From IMG/VR virus record IMGVR_UViG_3300025892_000009: a DNA stretch of 64,000 nucleotides, one strand, 5' to 3'. Both the position numbers and the translations under genes were made by a program. This DNA comes from a virus. Below, in pieces: positions 45,301 through 54,618 of the stretch. Below the pieces are notes generated by a model. The model was not told the origin of the DNA and ran no database searches. It saw only the letters and a list, made by a program, of their open reading frames with translations. Position 1 is the stretch's first letter. Every line of letters begins with the position of its first letter.

Positions 45301-48300
45301 AGGTGTAATGTAATTAGTAACATTTACGCCATCGAAGAATGCATAAATTCTTGTGCGAGGCTTCATACGATCTGTATTGAAAGATACGTTTCTGGATCTG
45401 ATCCAGGGGATTGCTGTTTGTGACAGCTCGGTATCTCCCAGTGATTTACGCTCAACCTTGGGCACAACTCTAGTCCTTACACCCTGACGTGCTTGGTTAT
45501 TAACAACCCTCCAGGTACGTCTATCATGGACGAAGAGTGGTTGACGACCCTGACCATGACCCAAACGACCTAATCTACGACCACCAGCGGCAAAACTACC
45601 AGATCTATTTCTTGTCTGAGTCCGTGAGATAAGAGACTGTCCAGTCCAGTTTGTCCTCCAAGATCCCCATTGAATAGGAGCAAAACCATTCTGGTCAATC
45701 TGCAGGTCTCTAGCAACGGCAGAGAAGTCACCTTCAACGTTTTCTACACGAGCAGGAAGACGCTTGATATCAATCCAGTCATCAGATGCAGGTGATAGAT
45801 CAATACGACCAATGAAAGTAAAGACATTAAATGGGTTAACATTTTCAGTCCTAGATGCATATGGTTGAGTAATAATTTGAAGATCGGTATATGGTAGCAA
45901 CACCATATTGCCAATAGTCTTCACAACATTAGAAGAAGAAGCTAGATTGAGTTGTAGTGGGACGTTAGTTGTATAGTGTGATGGACGTAAGAAACCTTCT
46001 TTAAAGTCCATTGAGCACTTATAGTCAACGTTGAGGACATCACCGATAGTGTGATCAGTAAAATCATCTACAACGTAACCATTCTTCAAACGGTCAAATC
46101 CATTATCATCGTAGGTCTTAGTATTTTCTGCTTGAGATTCAAGCAATGATAGGGAGGTATAATATTCAACGTGAGAAAGACGAGTCTCAAGATCCCCAAT
46201 ATCTTTCATCGTATAACGACGAATAATTTCGGGATAAATGATGATATCACGATCAACATCATAAGTATATGCTCTACATTCTAGTTGTGCCAAGAGCATT
46301 GCACTTTGAATGTTATCTGGAGGTGGCATATCTTCTGAAGATACACCTTTACTAATCTTCAATTCATTTTCATGTGTTAGATAAATTTTATCAGCACGAG
46401 GAAGATAGTAGGTATAATCCATACGGATTTCAGTTGCTACCTTAGGAATATCGAAGATGGTAGATCCACCAGCACCACCAGAGGTATCGAATTGACGAGC
46501 ACCAAAGTCCAGAGAAGCACAATTCACATAGTAAGGTGCTGTGATAGTACCCGATCCAGATGCCAATTCACCAACACCAGGACGGAAATCGACTTGATCT
46601 CTCAAGTAGTTAATAGATCCATCTAACTTATATTTTGGAATATCTTTGAATGCAATGCCAGTATAAGATTGGTTTGAGAAATAATCACCCGAAGATTCAT
46701 GCACAAAGTAGTCAAAGATAACTAGCAGTTTACGAATTGGAGGTGTATACTGAGGCAGTCTCAGCATTTTACATACATCATAGAAGTGTGCTTTCTGTCC
46801 CGATTCCAATTCGTACTGAGTAGTTACAACTTTACTTCCCTTAGATACGGATCCCTCAGCATCATCTACAATTGCAACTAGTGGGACGCCATCATCATCC
46901 ACACCATCAATAGTCTCGCCAGGTAAGAATGGAATTTCATTCAACTGCACAACATATAATTTAAGAGTGCTGTTGATGAATTGAATAACACGCCCACGAG
47001 CACCAGATGTTTTACCTACAACTACACTACCATTATCGAAGAAGGTGGACTCAGTAAGTGTTAGGAAAGGTGGCTCTGCATCAGAATCATTCTCAGATTC
47101 ATATACTGCTTGAATATTGTAAACATCATTCAGTGCAAATGAGATCTCGTCATCTTCAATACGAGTGCCATACAAGTTACCATATGCCAAACCATACTTT
47201 TGTTGGTCATTATTGATACTTGTGCGAATGACCTTCATTGCACGCATCTTAGATGCAGTTTTAATTTTCTTAGAAACAATATTCTTAGAAACTAGAGCAG
47301 TCAATTTAACAGTATTAACATTTGCCAAACCATCAATAGTGATGGACTGTCTATCGGCACCAAAACTAACTGTTAGTGACCCTGCATCATTCATCGCATC
47401 GATGTCTAGGTTTTGTCCTACACTATATGCAGATCCAGATTGACCAAGAATAGTTAAAATATAGTTTTCATTGTCTAATGATGCAAACTGCTCAGATTCT
47501 GGCAGGGATACAGTAACACCACCAGACACAACCGTTTTATTAGTGAATGTGCGATATACAAAGAATGATTCGTCAGAGATAGATCTCATCGAAACGCGAG
47601 GTGCGTCAATAGTGAGCTCACCATTCTGGTAGTCCTTCTGGAATACAAAAGGACGCATTCTGACTAGAGTGCCATATTCGCCATCAGCAACAGTACCTTT
47701 ACTCAAGGTAGTATCAATTTCTGCAGTCTGTAATAGGGAATCAAAAATAGTATCAGCAGCACCTGTTGCAGAGTTTCCTGTAATAGTTGAGATTGATGTT
47801 GGATCAACTCTTTCGATTCTTAAACTATTTTCACCTTCTGCTGTAGTATTTGTGGCAGTAATGACATCACCAGGACGCAAATCTTGAATAAATTTGGTGC
47901 GGAAACCAGTGATTCTTTGGTCGGTGGCAGAATCAATAGTTACTGTAGATGCTTCAATTTCTTTCTGGTCATTAAGTAACCAGTTAGCACCAAAGATAAC
48001 TACATTACTAGAATTTCTACCATAGCAAGATCTAGTATCTGCCAAGTTATAAGTATGTGCTGCCTCAAGAGTACCGATAACACGACCATCTCTTTCCATC
48101 ACCTCGCCATTGATAAATGTCCCTGACACTTGCTCAAGCTTACAATTAGTACCACTGCCAGCATCTGCAACAAAACCGCGAGCATTTGAGGTGCGACCTT
48201 TCAGCACATCTCCAACTGATACTGAGTTATTTCCTGACGCAAAGTTAATTGCAGTAAACATCTGAGCATCAAAGATCCACAGATCATATGTAGTATCTGT

Positions 48301-49656
48301 GTCAATTTGAATTTGAGCAATTCTAGTTCTACCAATCATTCTACCTGTAGTTGTATTAGTAGAATTCAGAGTCCAATCATCATACAATTCAATTACTTGA
48401 TATGCAGATGTAACTCCCTCTCCAGTTAGATTGGGCCAACCATAAACATCATATACTTTAATGAAGTTTCCTAAACGGAATGAGATAATACCATTTTGGA
48501 CTCCTTCAAAGTCACGGGGTTTGGGGGAATCAATATATTGAGGTGTTAGGAATTCGGTCCTGTATCCTCTTACATATGCCCTACCTGGTGAGATCTCATA
48601 CGTGATCAAATCATCAGATGGGATATTGCCTTGTGAAGTAGTTTCACCTGGACGATATACACCATTATTGAATCCATCATCCAAACACTCTCTTGCCTTA
48701 ATGCTGAATGTATCAATTACATAGTCGCCAGATTCTTCATATGTCCTACGAGCAAGAGATCTCTCTAACTCTGAGTACGCTGTATTAGTAACGAATTGCT
48801 CAACTTTACTATTGTTGATACGAAGCAATTCGATAAAGTTTTTATCAGTCTCATCATTGATTGCTTTTTTAACCAGTGTTGTTCTGATTCTAAATCTGTG
48901 AGATCCTGGAGCAGCATAATTGGATGTGCCTGCTGCATTATCATTAAGTGATGGATCGTCTTCTGGAGTTACAATAGACTCACTAACTTCAAGACCAACT
49001 CTGTATGATGGATTATTTGTATACTGCTCTAGAATCAAATACTGAGATGGGACATCAACAAAGTGTCCTCTCATAAAGTATACACCTGCATTAATATATG
49101 CAGTTGAAGCCACTGAAGTTGCATCAACAGGTAATAGTTGACCGAATGGTGATCCAACTTCAATCAGAGTTGTGCCAAACGTAATTTCATTCTCAGCAAT
49201 GATCTGCTCATTTGGCTGGAATGTTGTAATTGTAGATTCCGAAACAGTATCACCAGACTCAATGTATTTTACATACAGGGTGACATATCCTCTAGAGGAT
49301 TCTGTTGCTGGAATTGAATACAGGACCTTTGCTTTAATGCCTGTAGTCAGACCTTCAATTATTTGACCAGTGAGTTGAGTCCTATATGTCTCAAGATCAA
49401 TACCCAAGAATGATTGTTGCAAGATCACTGCTTGGACATTTAGATCATATCCCACCTGACCAGGAATAACCATCGCACCTTCTTTAAAGAAGTGCTGACC
49501 AATTGACTCTAACTGATTCTGCAGAATCGACTGCATAGTCGTAATTTCGCGAGCCTGAATTGGGTATCCAGGACGGAATAAGACTCTGTAAAAATTCTTA
49601 TCCTTATCGAAATCATCAAAATAAGGAGAGATATTTAGATTAGTATTCTGGGGCAT
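42337..49656 (-). CDS. Large virion structural protein (DUF4815/VrlC-like, 2439 aa)
   Basis: NLNISPYFDDFD...FYRVLFRPG...QAREIT, APGSHR, DPLAQSF, DLRAIA; follows gp8. Confidence 0.85.
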   Translation of the reverse strand: MPQNTNLNISPYFDDFDKDKNFYRVLFRPGYPIQAREITTMQSILQNQLESIGQHFFKEGAMVIPGQVGYDLNVQAVILQQSFLGIDLETYRTQLTGQIIEGLTTGIKAKVLYSIPATESSRGYVTLYVKYIESGDTVSESTITTFQPNEQIIAENEITFGTTLIEVGSPFGQLLPVDATSVASTAYINAGVYFMRGHFVDVPSQYLILEQYTNNPSYRVGLEVSESIVTPEDDPSLNDNAAGTSNYAAPGSHRFRIRTTLVKKAINDETDKNFIELLRINNSKVEQFVTNTAYSELERSLARRTYEESGDYVIDTFSIKARECLDDGFNNGVYRPGETTSQGNIPSDDLITYEISPGRAYVRGYRTEFLTPQYIDSPKPRDFEGVQNGIISFRLGNFIKVYDVYGWPNLTGEGVTSAYQVIELYDDWTLNSTNTTTGRMIGRTRIAQIQIDTDTTYDLWIFDAQMFTAINFASGNNSVSVGDVLKGRTSNARGFVADAGSGTNCKLEQVSGTFINGEVMERDGRVIGTLEAAHTYNLADTRSCYGRNSSNVVIFGANWLLNDQKEIEASTVTIDSATDQRITGFRTKFIQDLRPGDVITATNTTAEGENSLRIERVDPTSISTITGNSATGAADTIFDSLLQTAEIDTTLSKGTVADGEYGTLVRMRPFVFQKDYQNGELTIDAPRVSMRSISDESFFVYRTFTNKTVVSGGVTVSLPESEQFASLDNENYILTILGQSGSAYSVGQNLDIDAMNDAGSLTVSFGADRQSITIDGLANVNTVKLTALVSKNIVSKKIKTASKMRAMKVIRTSINNDQQKYGLAYGNLYGTRIEDDEISFALNDVYNIQAVYESENDSDAEPPFLTLTESTFFDNGSVVVGKTSGARGRVIQFINSTLKLYVVQLNEIPFLPGETIDGVDDDGVPLVAIVDDAEGSVSKGSKVVTTQYELESGQKAHFYDVCKMLRLPQYTPPIRKLLVIFDYFVHESSGDYFSNQSYTGIAFKDIPKYKLDGSINYLRDQVDFRPGVGELASGSGTITAPYYVNCASLDFGARQFDTSGGAGGSTIFDIPKVATEIRMDYTYYLPRADKIYLTHENELKISKGVSSEDMPPPDNIQSAMLLAQLECRAYTYDVDRDIIIYPEIIRRYTMKDIGDLETRLSHVEYYTSLSLLESQAENTKTYDDNGFDRLKNGYVVDDFTDHTIGDVLNVDYKCSMDFKEGFLRPSHYTTNVPLQLNLASSSNVVKTIGNMVLLPYTDLQIITQPYASRTENVNPFNVFTFIGRIDLSPASDDWIDIKRLPARVENVEGDFSAVARDLQIDQNGFAPIQWGSWRTNWTGQSLISRTQTRNRSGSFAAGGRRLGRLGHGQGRQPLFVHDRRTWRVVNNQARQGVRTRVVPKVERKSLGDTELSQTAIPWIRSRNVSFNTDRMKPRTRIYAFFDGVNVTNYITPKVIELTKSSTADPRANETPFVVGETVVGQNSGCRFKVAAANDAYKTDPYGTGAAVLAESYASTTPFVNIDTGVLAETVNPNYFGNMQTGEVLVGETSGARAVIKDRRLLTDNIGNFRGSFFIPNPGNDSNPRWATGTRTFRFTTSPTNSRANDEVTSSADTTYSAVGTLRTVRENILAVRNAELVRDTVNDARTVITTRTETRQIGWYDPLAQSFIIDEEGGVFLTGIDCFFKTKDANIPISMQIRTMENGYPTKDILPFSDITIDPSQVELSDNAAVPTRFTFRSPVYIKQSTEYCFVLLSDSNEYNCWISRMGDIDVSGTRTISEQPYAGVLFKSQNASTWTADQYEDMKFNVYRAEFTSTLGTAIVNNADLGKGNGGIHNMIENPILTIKPKQQLLLSVGETYNFTIGARVVQSPSGATGTITEFDAVSDPQKLTITDITGTFTSGFLDANSVPFQGLASSQSVGVFVLSAIFNGVFEVGDVVSGSTSGSQGTVTAYDASSNTLTLNYLTYSFDASDTLTNPGGTSATITSITYSGDSYTAFPTQSPSYSADDKEVAVFHRNHGMHQRTNNVEVEGVISEVPNTQLTSSLSAGVTSIQVQDASQFHTIIGGSATGNLNPGYLKIDDEIIQYSAISTNGQVITVATSGRGSNATVDTTHASGAIVECYNLDGIPLVEINKVHERIECPWIDTYMLAVDHVATNGIRGGGGAVFGSQNVQFETLTPTVSTMVLPETEITARVNTTTATSVGEGGGEGGSAPRDQSSFINNGQFLDVVLNEENAFASPQMVASKINEENKLGGNKSLTMAIQLTTEKSSLSPCIDLDRLSLITTTNRINYWPGGPAAYGQQGLIDRTQDVSTLPTGDQNDAVYITRLARLGSEARSLKVDFQITRHPATEVRVYFRAFKAGDTADPNTLGWELVGEPLSTQNQQYDSTPTDEYLWKDYAYEKKGLNFNAFQLKIVMKSKNQARVPLIADLRAIALAT

Positions 49657-49659
49657 CTT

Positions 49660-51195
49660 TTAGAACTCTACTACGATCTTAATGTCTTCGATTTGGTCTC
49701 CAGCACGAGTAATCGCGCCTCTATTATCTATGTAAATAACTTCACCCGAATTTGGATCCACTTCTGGATTTGCATATCCATTGGTAAATGCCATGCCAAG
49801 ATCATACTCAGTATTATTAATAATACGAGTTGATGCTCCAGACACAATTGGGAAGTTGATATCTGGATCGGAAGATGCACCAGATGTTGCACCAACAACA
49901 GGGTTACCACCCTGAAACTCAATTAAACTACCAGTGAATTCTGGGAAAATACCGTCAATTCTATTCTGATAATACTTAAGCACCTTAGTGGTAGCATTCC
50001 AAGAAATTACACGCCCACGAGCAGTTACTTGCTGACCACCAATTGTGCGAGATTGTGTGATAATCTCATCAGTCTGATAGTTACCTGTAAATGAAGGTGA
50101 GAAAATAACGGCTTTAGATGCTGACAGTGTAAGATCTGCAGTTAATTCTACAGTGCCATACTTATTTGGGTTGATCACTAGACCAATACGACGGTAGTCG
50201 TTATCAGTTGGGAAGTCTCCACTACCTTCAGCGTAGGTAAACTTCGTGTTGATCATTATACGGAAACCACCCAATTCCGTTTGGGGCGAAGCACCATGTC
50301 CTGTGACAGGAGGCACAACTACTTCAACGTTACCACCAGTACCTGTGCCAGCACCAATACCATTGACTTCATCAATAACGACTTTACCGAAGGTATATCC
50401 ACTACCACCAGAGGTTACAGTTGCCGATACAATACGACCACCATCGACAACTAATGATACTCTTCCACCAACACCATCTCCTTTAATTGAGACGTTTTCA
50501 TATGTGCCATTGTTATAACCTGCACCAGATGATGCAATAACAACAGTATCAATTTCACCTCCAATAGCATCCGATACCACAGCAGTATCGCTAAGGACAG
50601 GCATGTATTCGTTGGAGAAGAATTTCAATACCTGACCAACAGGGATTGTATACATATACTTCCAACGGTAACCATCAGCAGTCGTGATAACTGAAGTGGA
50701 GGTGCCAGTAGGCTCAACAGTAGAAGGTTTGCCGTTAGGATCAGAAGGACTTGTCCCGTTATAGATGCACTTATATACTTGGTAAGATGAGTTGACAACA
50801 TAGAAATCTGCATCATACAGTTTCGTAGCACCTGACGATGCCGTCTTCGTCGAGGAATAATCATGCCTATACATATCATACACATAACCCAAACCACCAG
50901 TAGTTTGCTCAGGTGGAATCCAATCGGTACGACGAATGACCTGAATAGTATCATTCGCCAACACTCTCTTCATCGAGATCATGTCGGAATAATCATCCGC
51001 AAACTCTTGAAATGAGTCGATAGGATCTGGGGGAGCATTTTCATTATCCCATGGTTGAGGACGACCAATGAAAACATATAGTCGATCTCTAGATGCTCCT
51101 GCTAATAGGTCGGACTGTGCAGGGTCGGGACCCTCCAAAGATTTCCGAAATCTTTCCGCAGTAAAGATTCTAAATTGGTCGGTTAGTAATGCCAT
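49660..51195 (-). CDS. gp8: Baseplate wedge protein
   Basis: YVFIGRPQPW, VYKCIYNG, DGYRWKYMY, YRRIGLV, SGEVIYIDNR..ITR...Q.EDIKIVVEF. Confidence 0.93.
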   Translation of the reverse strand: MALLTDQFRIFTAERFRKSLEGPDPAQSDLLAGASRDRLYVFIGRPQPWDNENAPPDPIDSFQEFADDYSDMISMKRVLANDTIQVIRRTDWIPPEQTTGGLGYVYDMYRHDYSSTKTASSGATKLYDADFYVVNSSYQVYKCIYNGTSPSDPNGKPSTVEPTGTSTSVITTADGYRWKYMYTIPVGQVLKFFSNEYMPVLSDTAVVSDAIGGEIDTVVIASSGAGYNNGTYENVSIKGDGVGGRVSLVVDGGRIVSATVTSGGSGYTFGKVVIDEVNGIGAGTGTGGNVEVVVPPVTGHGASPQTELGGFRIMINTKFTYAEGSGDFPTDNDYRRIGLVINPNKYGTVELTADLTLSASKAVIFSPSFTGNYQTDEIITQSRTIGGQQVTARGRVISWNATTKVLKYYQNRIDGIFPEFTGSLIEFQGGNPVVGATSGASSDPDINFPIVSGASTRIINNTEYDLGMAFTNGYANPEVDPNSGEVIYIDNRGAITRAGDQIEDIKIVVEF

Positions 51196-51217
51196 CTTAC
51201 AGCAATTGCCTTCTTTC

Positions 51218-51225
51218 TATTTATA
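51218..51225 (-). promoter_or_regulatory. Late promoter for gp8
   Basis: Perfect TATAAATA. Confidence 0.8.
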
Positions 51226-51230
51226 GGGAA

Positions 51231-53096
51231 TTATTCGTCCTCGTTTCTGACGAAATTAGTGTACTCAACTGATATGATGGTTGCAGTTGCAGAGCTGAGG
51301 TTGCCCTGCAATGTTTCTCCAACATTCCACTTATATGTAGGATCATTATCAACAATATTATTGACATTCAATATGTATTGATTTGCCTTTTGACCGACTA
51401 GTCTCTCAACAACTGTTGCCGTAACACCAGATGTTAGTCCTTGCACAGTCTCAGCAACATTGAATAATGTTGCACTGATATATTCAATAATGATTGTTGC
51501 TGTAGCAACATGGGCATCACCATCGCCTAATAGACCTGCCGATTGTATAGTTGCTACCAATTGAGAGGGACTGCCATCATATATTTGGTCGCCAACCTGG
51601 AAAAGGGTTGTGTTTTGACCACCAACAGTTTCTTCAATACCATAAAGTGATGATGCAAGTCCACCATCCAAGTTAATTTGATTTTCAAATTCAGTAGCAG
51701 TGTTTATGAGATCGGGAATACCGTCACCATACTGCGTTATGCCTTGCTCATCCTCATATGATTCATCATCATCTTCAAATTTTCTATTCAGAATCAAACT
51801 ATATGGTTCTGTAAAAGCAACAATATCATTACCTTCCGATTCAACTAACTCATGAGGTTGCTGTCCAGTGCCTGATGAAGATGACGATCCTGCAACAAAT
51901 GCAATCACAGTCGCCTTTTCACCAGATCTTCCAGCATCAATAAATGCCAATTCATCAATTTCAAATGTTACATAAAGTGCTCTTTCAGATTCAAACCAAT
52001 CATAAACAATAGCAACTCTATTAGTTGAGTTTTCTACTACACGTCTTACTTTATCAGTTACTTGAAAATTATAATTTGTAAGACCAGTAACAGCATCATC
52101 TTGTAGATTATCTAAAATTACTTTTTGGTCAAATCTAAAATTAATACCCCTATCAACACCAGTAAATGATGTGGAAGTTTTACCAGTGTATCTAACAATC
52201 TCTCTACCAATAAGAAGTTTACCTGATCCAGGAAATGGATCGGTTGTTTCTATATAAATTTCCTCAGAATTTGGAGTTAGATTTTTAAGTAGTCCTGATA
52301 AGTTATAAATTGTTGAGTTGAGAGATTGCCTATTTCTAGCCTCTCTAATTAGATCAGTGTCTCTAGTAAAGATAACCTGAGGGGCATTTACATATCCTGA
52401 TCCCGTGGAAAGGAGATCGATGGTCGTGATAGCACCTAAATTGATAAATGCTTCAGCAGTTGCTCCACTACCCCCACCACCAATAATTTGAATTAGGGGT
52501 GGAGTCTCAAAGAATTCACCTGCATTGGTAAGATCGATAGAAGTGACTCTACCAAATCGATTAACTGCAGCAACTCCCCTAGCACCATCTCCACCACCGC
52601 CAGAAATGATGAGGTTAATATCGTCTTCAGTGTAATTTTGTCCTTGCTGCTCAATTGATAGTCCAGTAACAGATCCAGTAACGGGTACTATTTCAGATCC
52701 AGATCCACCACCACCTCTAACTTCAACTGTAGTATTAAAGTATCCATTACCAGGGACAGTGACTTGGATGTAATCAACACCACCATCATCTTTTAGGAAA
52801 ACGTTTCCTTTAGCACTACCATTTGAATTTTCATCTACAATATCTAAACGTAGAGGATCATATCCTTCACCAGGATCTAAAATTTCTACAGCAGTAATTT
52901 CTCCAAGACTACCTTGAATAATTGGTCGCAATACTGCTTCGCGAATAGGTGTGCCGCTATTTAAAACACGAAGTCTTGGTGGGTCATTTGGATCATATCC
53001 AGACCCACTCTCCACCACATAAACATCTCTGACTCCAAAAACACTATTGAAGACAGGAGAAATTACTGCACCACTACCAGGAACTGTACGTGTCAT
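51231..53096 (-). CDS. Baseplate-region structural protein with GSGY/GGGG repeats
   Basis: Repeated V...GSGY...P...I.GGGG.GA.A units; located among baseplate genes. Confidence 0.7.
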   Translation of the reverse strand: MTRTVPGSGAVISPVFNSVFGVRDVYVVESGSGYDPNDPPRLRVLNSGTPIREAVLRPIIQGSLGEITAVEILDPGEGYDPLRLDIVDENSNGSAKGNVFLKDDGGVDYIQVTVPGNGYFNTTVEVRGGGGSGSEIVPVTGSVTGLSIEQQGQNYTEDDINLIISGGGGDGARGVAAVNRFGRVTSIDLTNAGEFFETPPLIQIIGGGGSGATAEAFINLGAITTIDLLSTGSGYVNAPQVIFTRDTDLIREARNRQSLNSTIYNLSGLLKNLTPNSEEIYIETTDPFPGSGKLLIGREIVRYTGKTSTSFTGVDRGINFRFDQKVILDNLQDDAVTGLTNYNFQVTDKVRRVVENSTNRVAIVYDWFESERALYVTFEIDELAFIDAGRSGEKATVIAFVAGSSSSSGTGQQPHELVESEGNDIVAFTEPYSLILNRKFEDDDESYEDEQGITQYGDGIPDLINTATEFENQINLDGGLASSLYGIEETVGGQNTTLFQVGDQIYDGSPSQLVATIQSAGLLGDGDAHVATATIIIEYISATLFNVAETVQGLTSGVTATVVERLVGQKANQYILNVNNIVDNDPTYKWNVGETLQGNLSSATATIISVEYTNFVRNEDE

Positions 53097-53099
53097 CTA

Positions 53100-54584
53100 T
53101 CAAACCACCACTAAGTTACCAACCATGCTGGCATGGATTGTGCATTGATAAACATATGTTGTGCCAGCACTGAGAGTTTGGGGCACTGTCCAATATTGGA
53201 CTCCAGTTATAGATCCACTAACTCCAGCAGTTACAGAAGCTCCACCATTAGTTTGTCTCAGAGCAAATGGGTGACTAGCTCCAGTTGTGTTATTGAATTT
53301 ATAAGTGAATCCCCTATAAACATAGATTGTGGGATTATTTCCTGCATCATTAAGACCACCACCTTCAAAAGTATATGCTGAAGATCCGAATGCGCTTACT
53401 GTAATTCCAATAGATGCAGATGCACTTGCTTCCCAAGCTTCACTTTGACCGTTAAAAACTACAGTGTCATTATCTGCAGGGTTTGCAATTACAATGCCAT
53501 TATTGGTAATTGTAAGTGTATTTGAAGTTGCTGCTGTGCTAATTCCTGTCCCACCAGTTATTGCTAAAGTTGAAGTTGATAATGCCGCTGTTGTAGTGCC
53601 AGTATCTCCATTAATTGTCCTATAAACCTCTTGCACCACATTGGGTGAGTCATTAGTTACTGTAAGATTTTCTCCATTAATAGCAGTACTGATTCCAGTA
53701 CCACCAACAATGTTAACTGTAGTTGATGTGGTGCTAGCAGATCTGCTTCCACTATCAGACCCAATGGTAGCAAAAATATTCTGATCAGGATCTCCTAAAG
53801 ATCCACTCATATTGATTGTTACAACATCACCAGTAATTGATGTTGTAATATTAGTGCCACCTGCAATAGTTAAGGTATCTGTTGCAGCACTTGCAGTTGT
53901 AGATCCACTATCTGCATTGAAACTTTCAAATAGGTTTTGTGTAGTGCCACTACCACCTGTACCTTCGTTGAGATCATTTGCTGGCTCAAATGCACTATTT
54001 GTAGAATTCCACTTGAGCACTTGACCTTCAGATGGACCGCCGCCAACAGTCAGATCAACGTCTGCCAACTCACCAATAGATGATCCAACATCTATCAGTT
54101 GAATCCAACTACCATGAGCGAAGTAACCATGACTTTCATCATGCACATGTGCAAACATACCATGATGTGTTGCTACATCGGGGAGGTCAGATAAAGCAGT
54201 ATATGGAGCAGACCACTTAAAGTATCCATCTGCACCATCAACATATGCTAAGGCACTGCCTGCTCCACCTTTCCAAAATTTAATATCACCCGTGCCATCA
54301 GGCATGATATTAACATCTCCGTTGTTTTCGGAAACAATCTTAAACGTCTTGACGTTTAGATCTACACTAAGTGCATCAAAATGAGACTCAGTAAACTGAG
54401 TGCCATTCCATTTCAATACTTGCCCATCAAGAGGACTACCTATACTAAGTTGTAGGTTTGTTTCATTACCAAGATTATTGTAAATTTCATCAATGACATT
54501 ATTGAGTTTGATAGCGCCATCGCGGAGACTATCACCCAACCCGTCGTTAGCTGAACTACCAATACTGAGGTTTTGCTTGGCCAT
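53100..54584 (-). CDS. Baseplate-attached fibre-like protein (gp9/gp10-type N-terminus) with C-terminal cupredoxin domain
   Basis: KQNLSIGSSANDGLGDSLRDGAIKLN N-terminus; three ~45-aa repeats; HPF...CTIHASM C-terminus. Confidence 0.8.
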   Translation of the reverse strand: MAKQNLSIGSSANDGLGDSLRDGAIKLNNVIDEIYNNLGNETNLQLSIGSPLDGQVLKWNGTQFTESHFDALSVDLNVKTFKIVSENNGDVNIMPDGTGDIKFWKGGAGSALAYVDGADGYFKWSAPYTALSDLPDVATHHGMFAHVHDESHGYFAHGSWIQLIDVGSSIGELADVDLTVGGGPSEGQVLKWNSTNSAFEPANDLNEGTGGSGTTQNLFESFNADSGSTTASAATDTLTIAGGTNITTSITGDVVTINMSGSLGDPDQNIFATIGSDSGSRSASTTSTTVNIVGGTGISTAINGENLTVTNDSPNVVQEVYRTINGDTGTTTAALSTSTLAITGGTGISTAATSNTLTITNNGIVIANPADNDTVVFNGQSEAWEASASASIGITVSAFGSSAYTFEGGGLNDAGNNPTIYVYRGFTYKFNNTTGASHPFALRQTNGGASVTAGVSGSITGVQYWTVPQTLSAGTTYVYQCTIHASMVGNLVVV

Positions 54585-54607
54585 GGATTGCTATTCTTCT
54601 ACAGTGT

Positions 54608-54614
54608 TATTTAG
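54608..54614 (-). promoter_or_regulatory. Late promoter
   Basis: CTAAATA in the intergenic gap. Confidence 0.6.
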
Positions 54615-54618
54615 GTGC

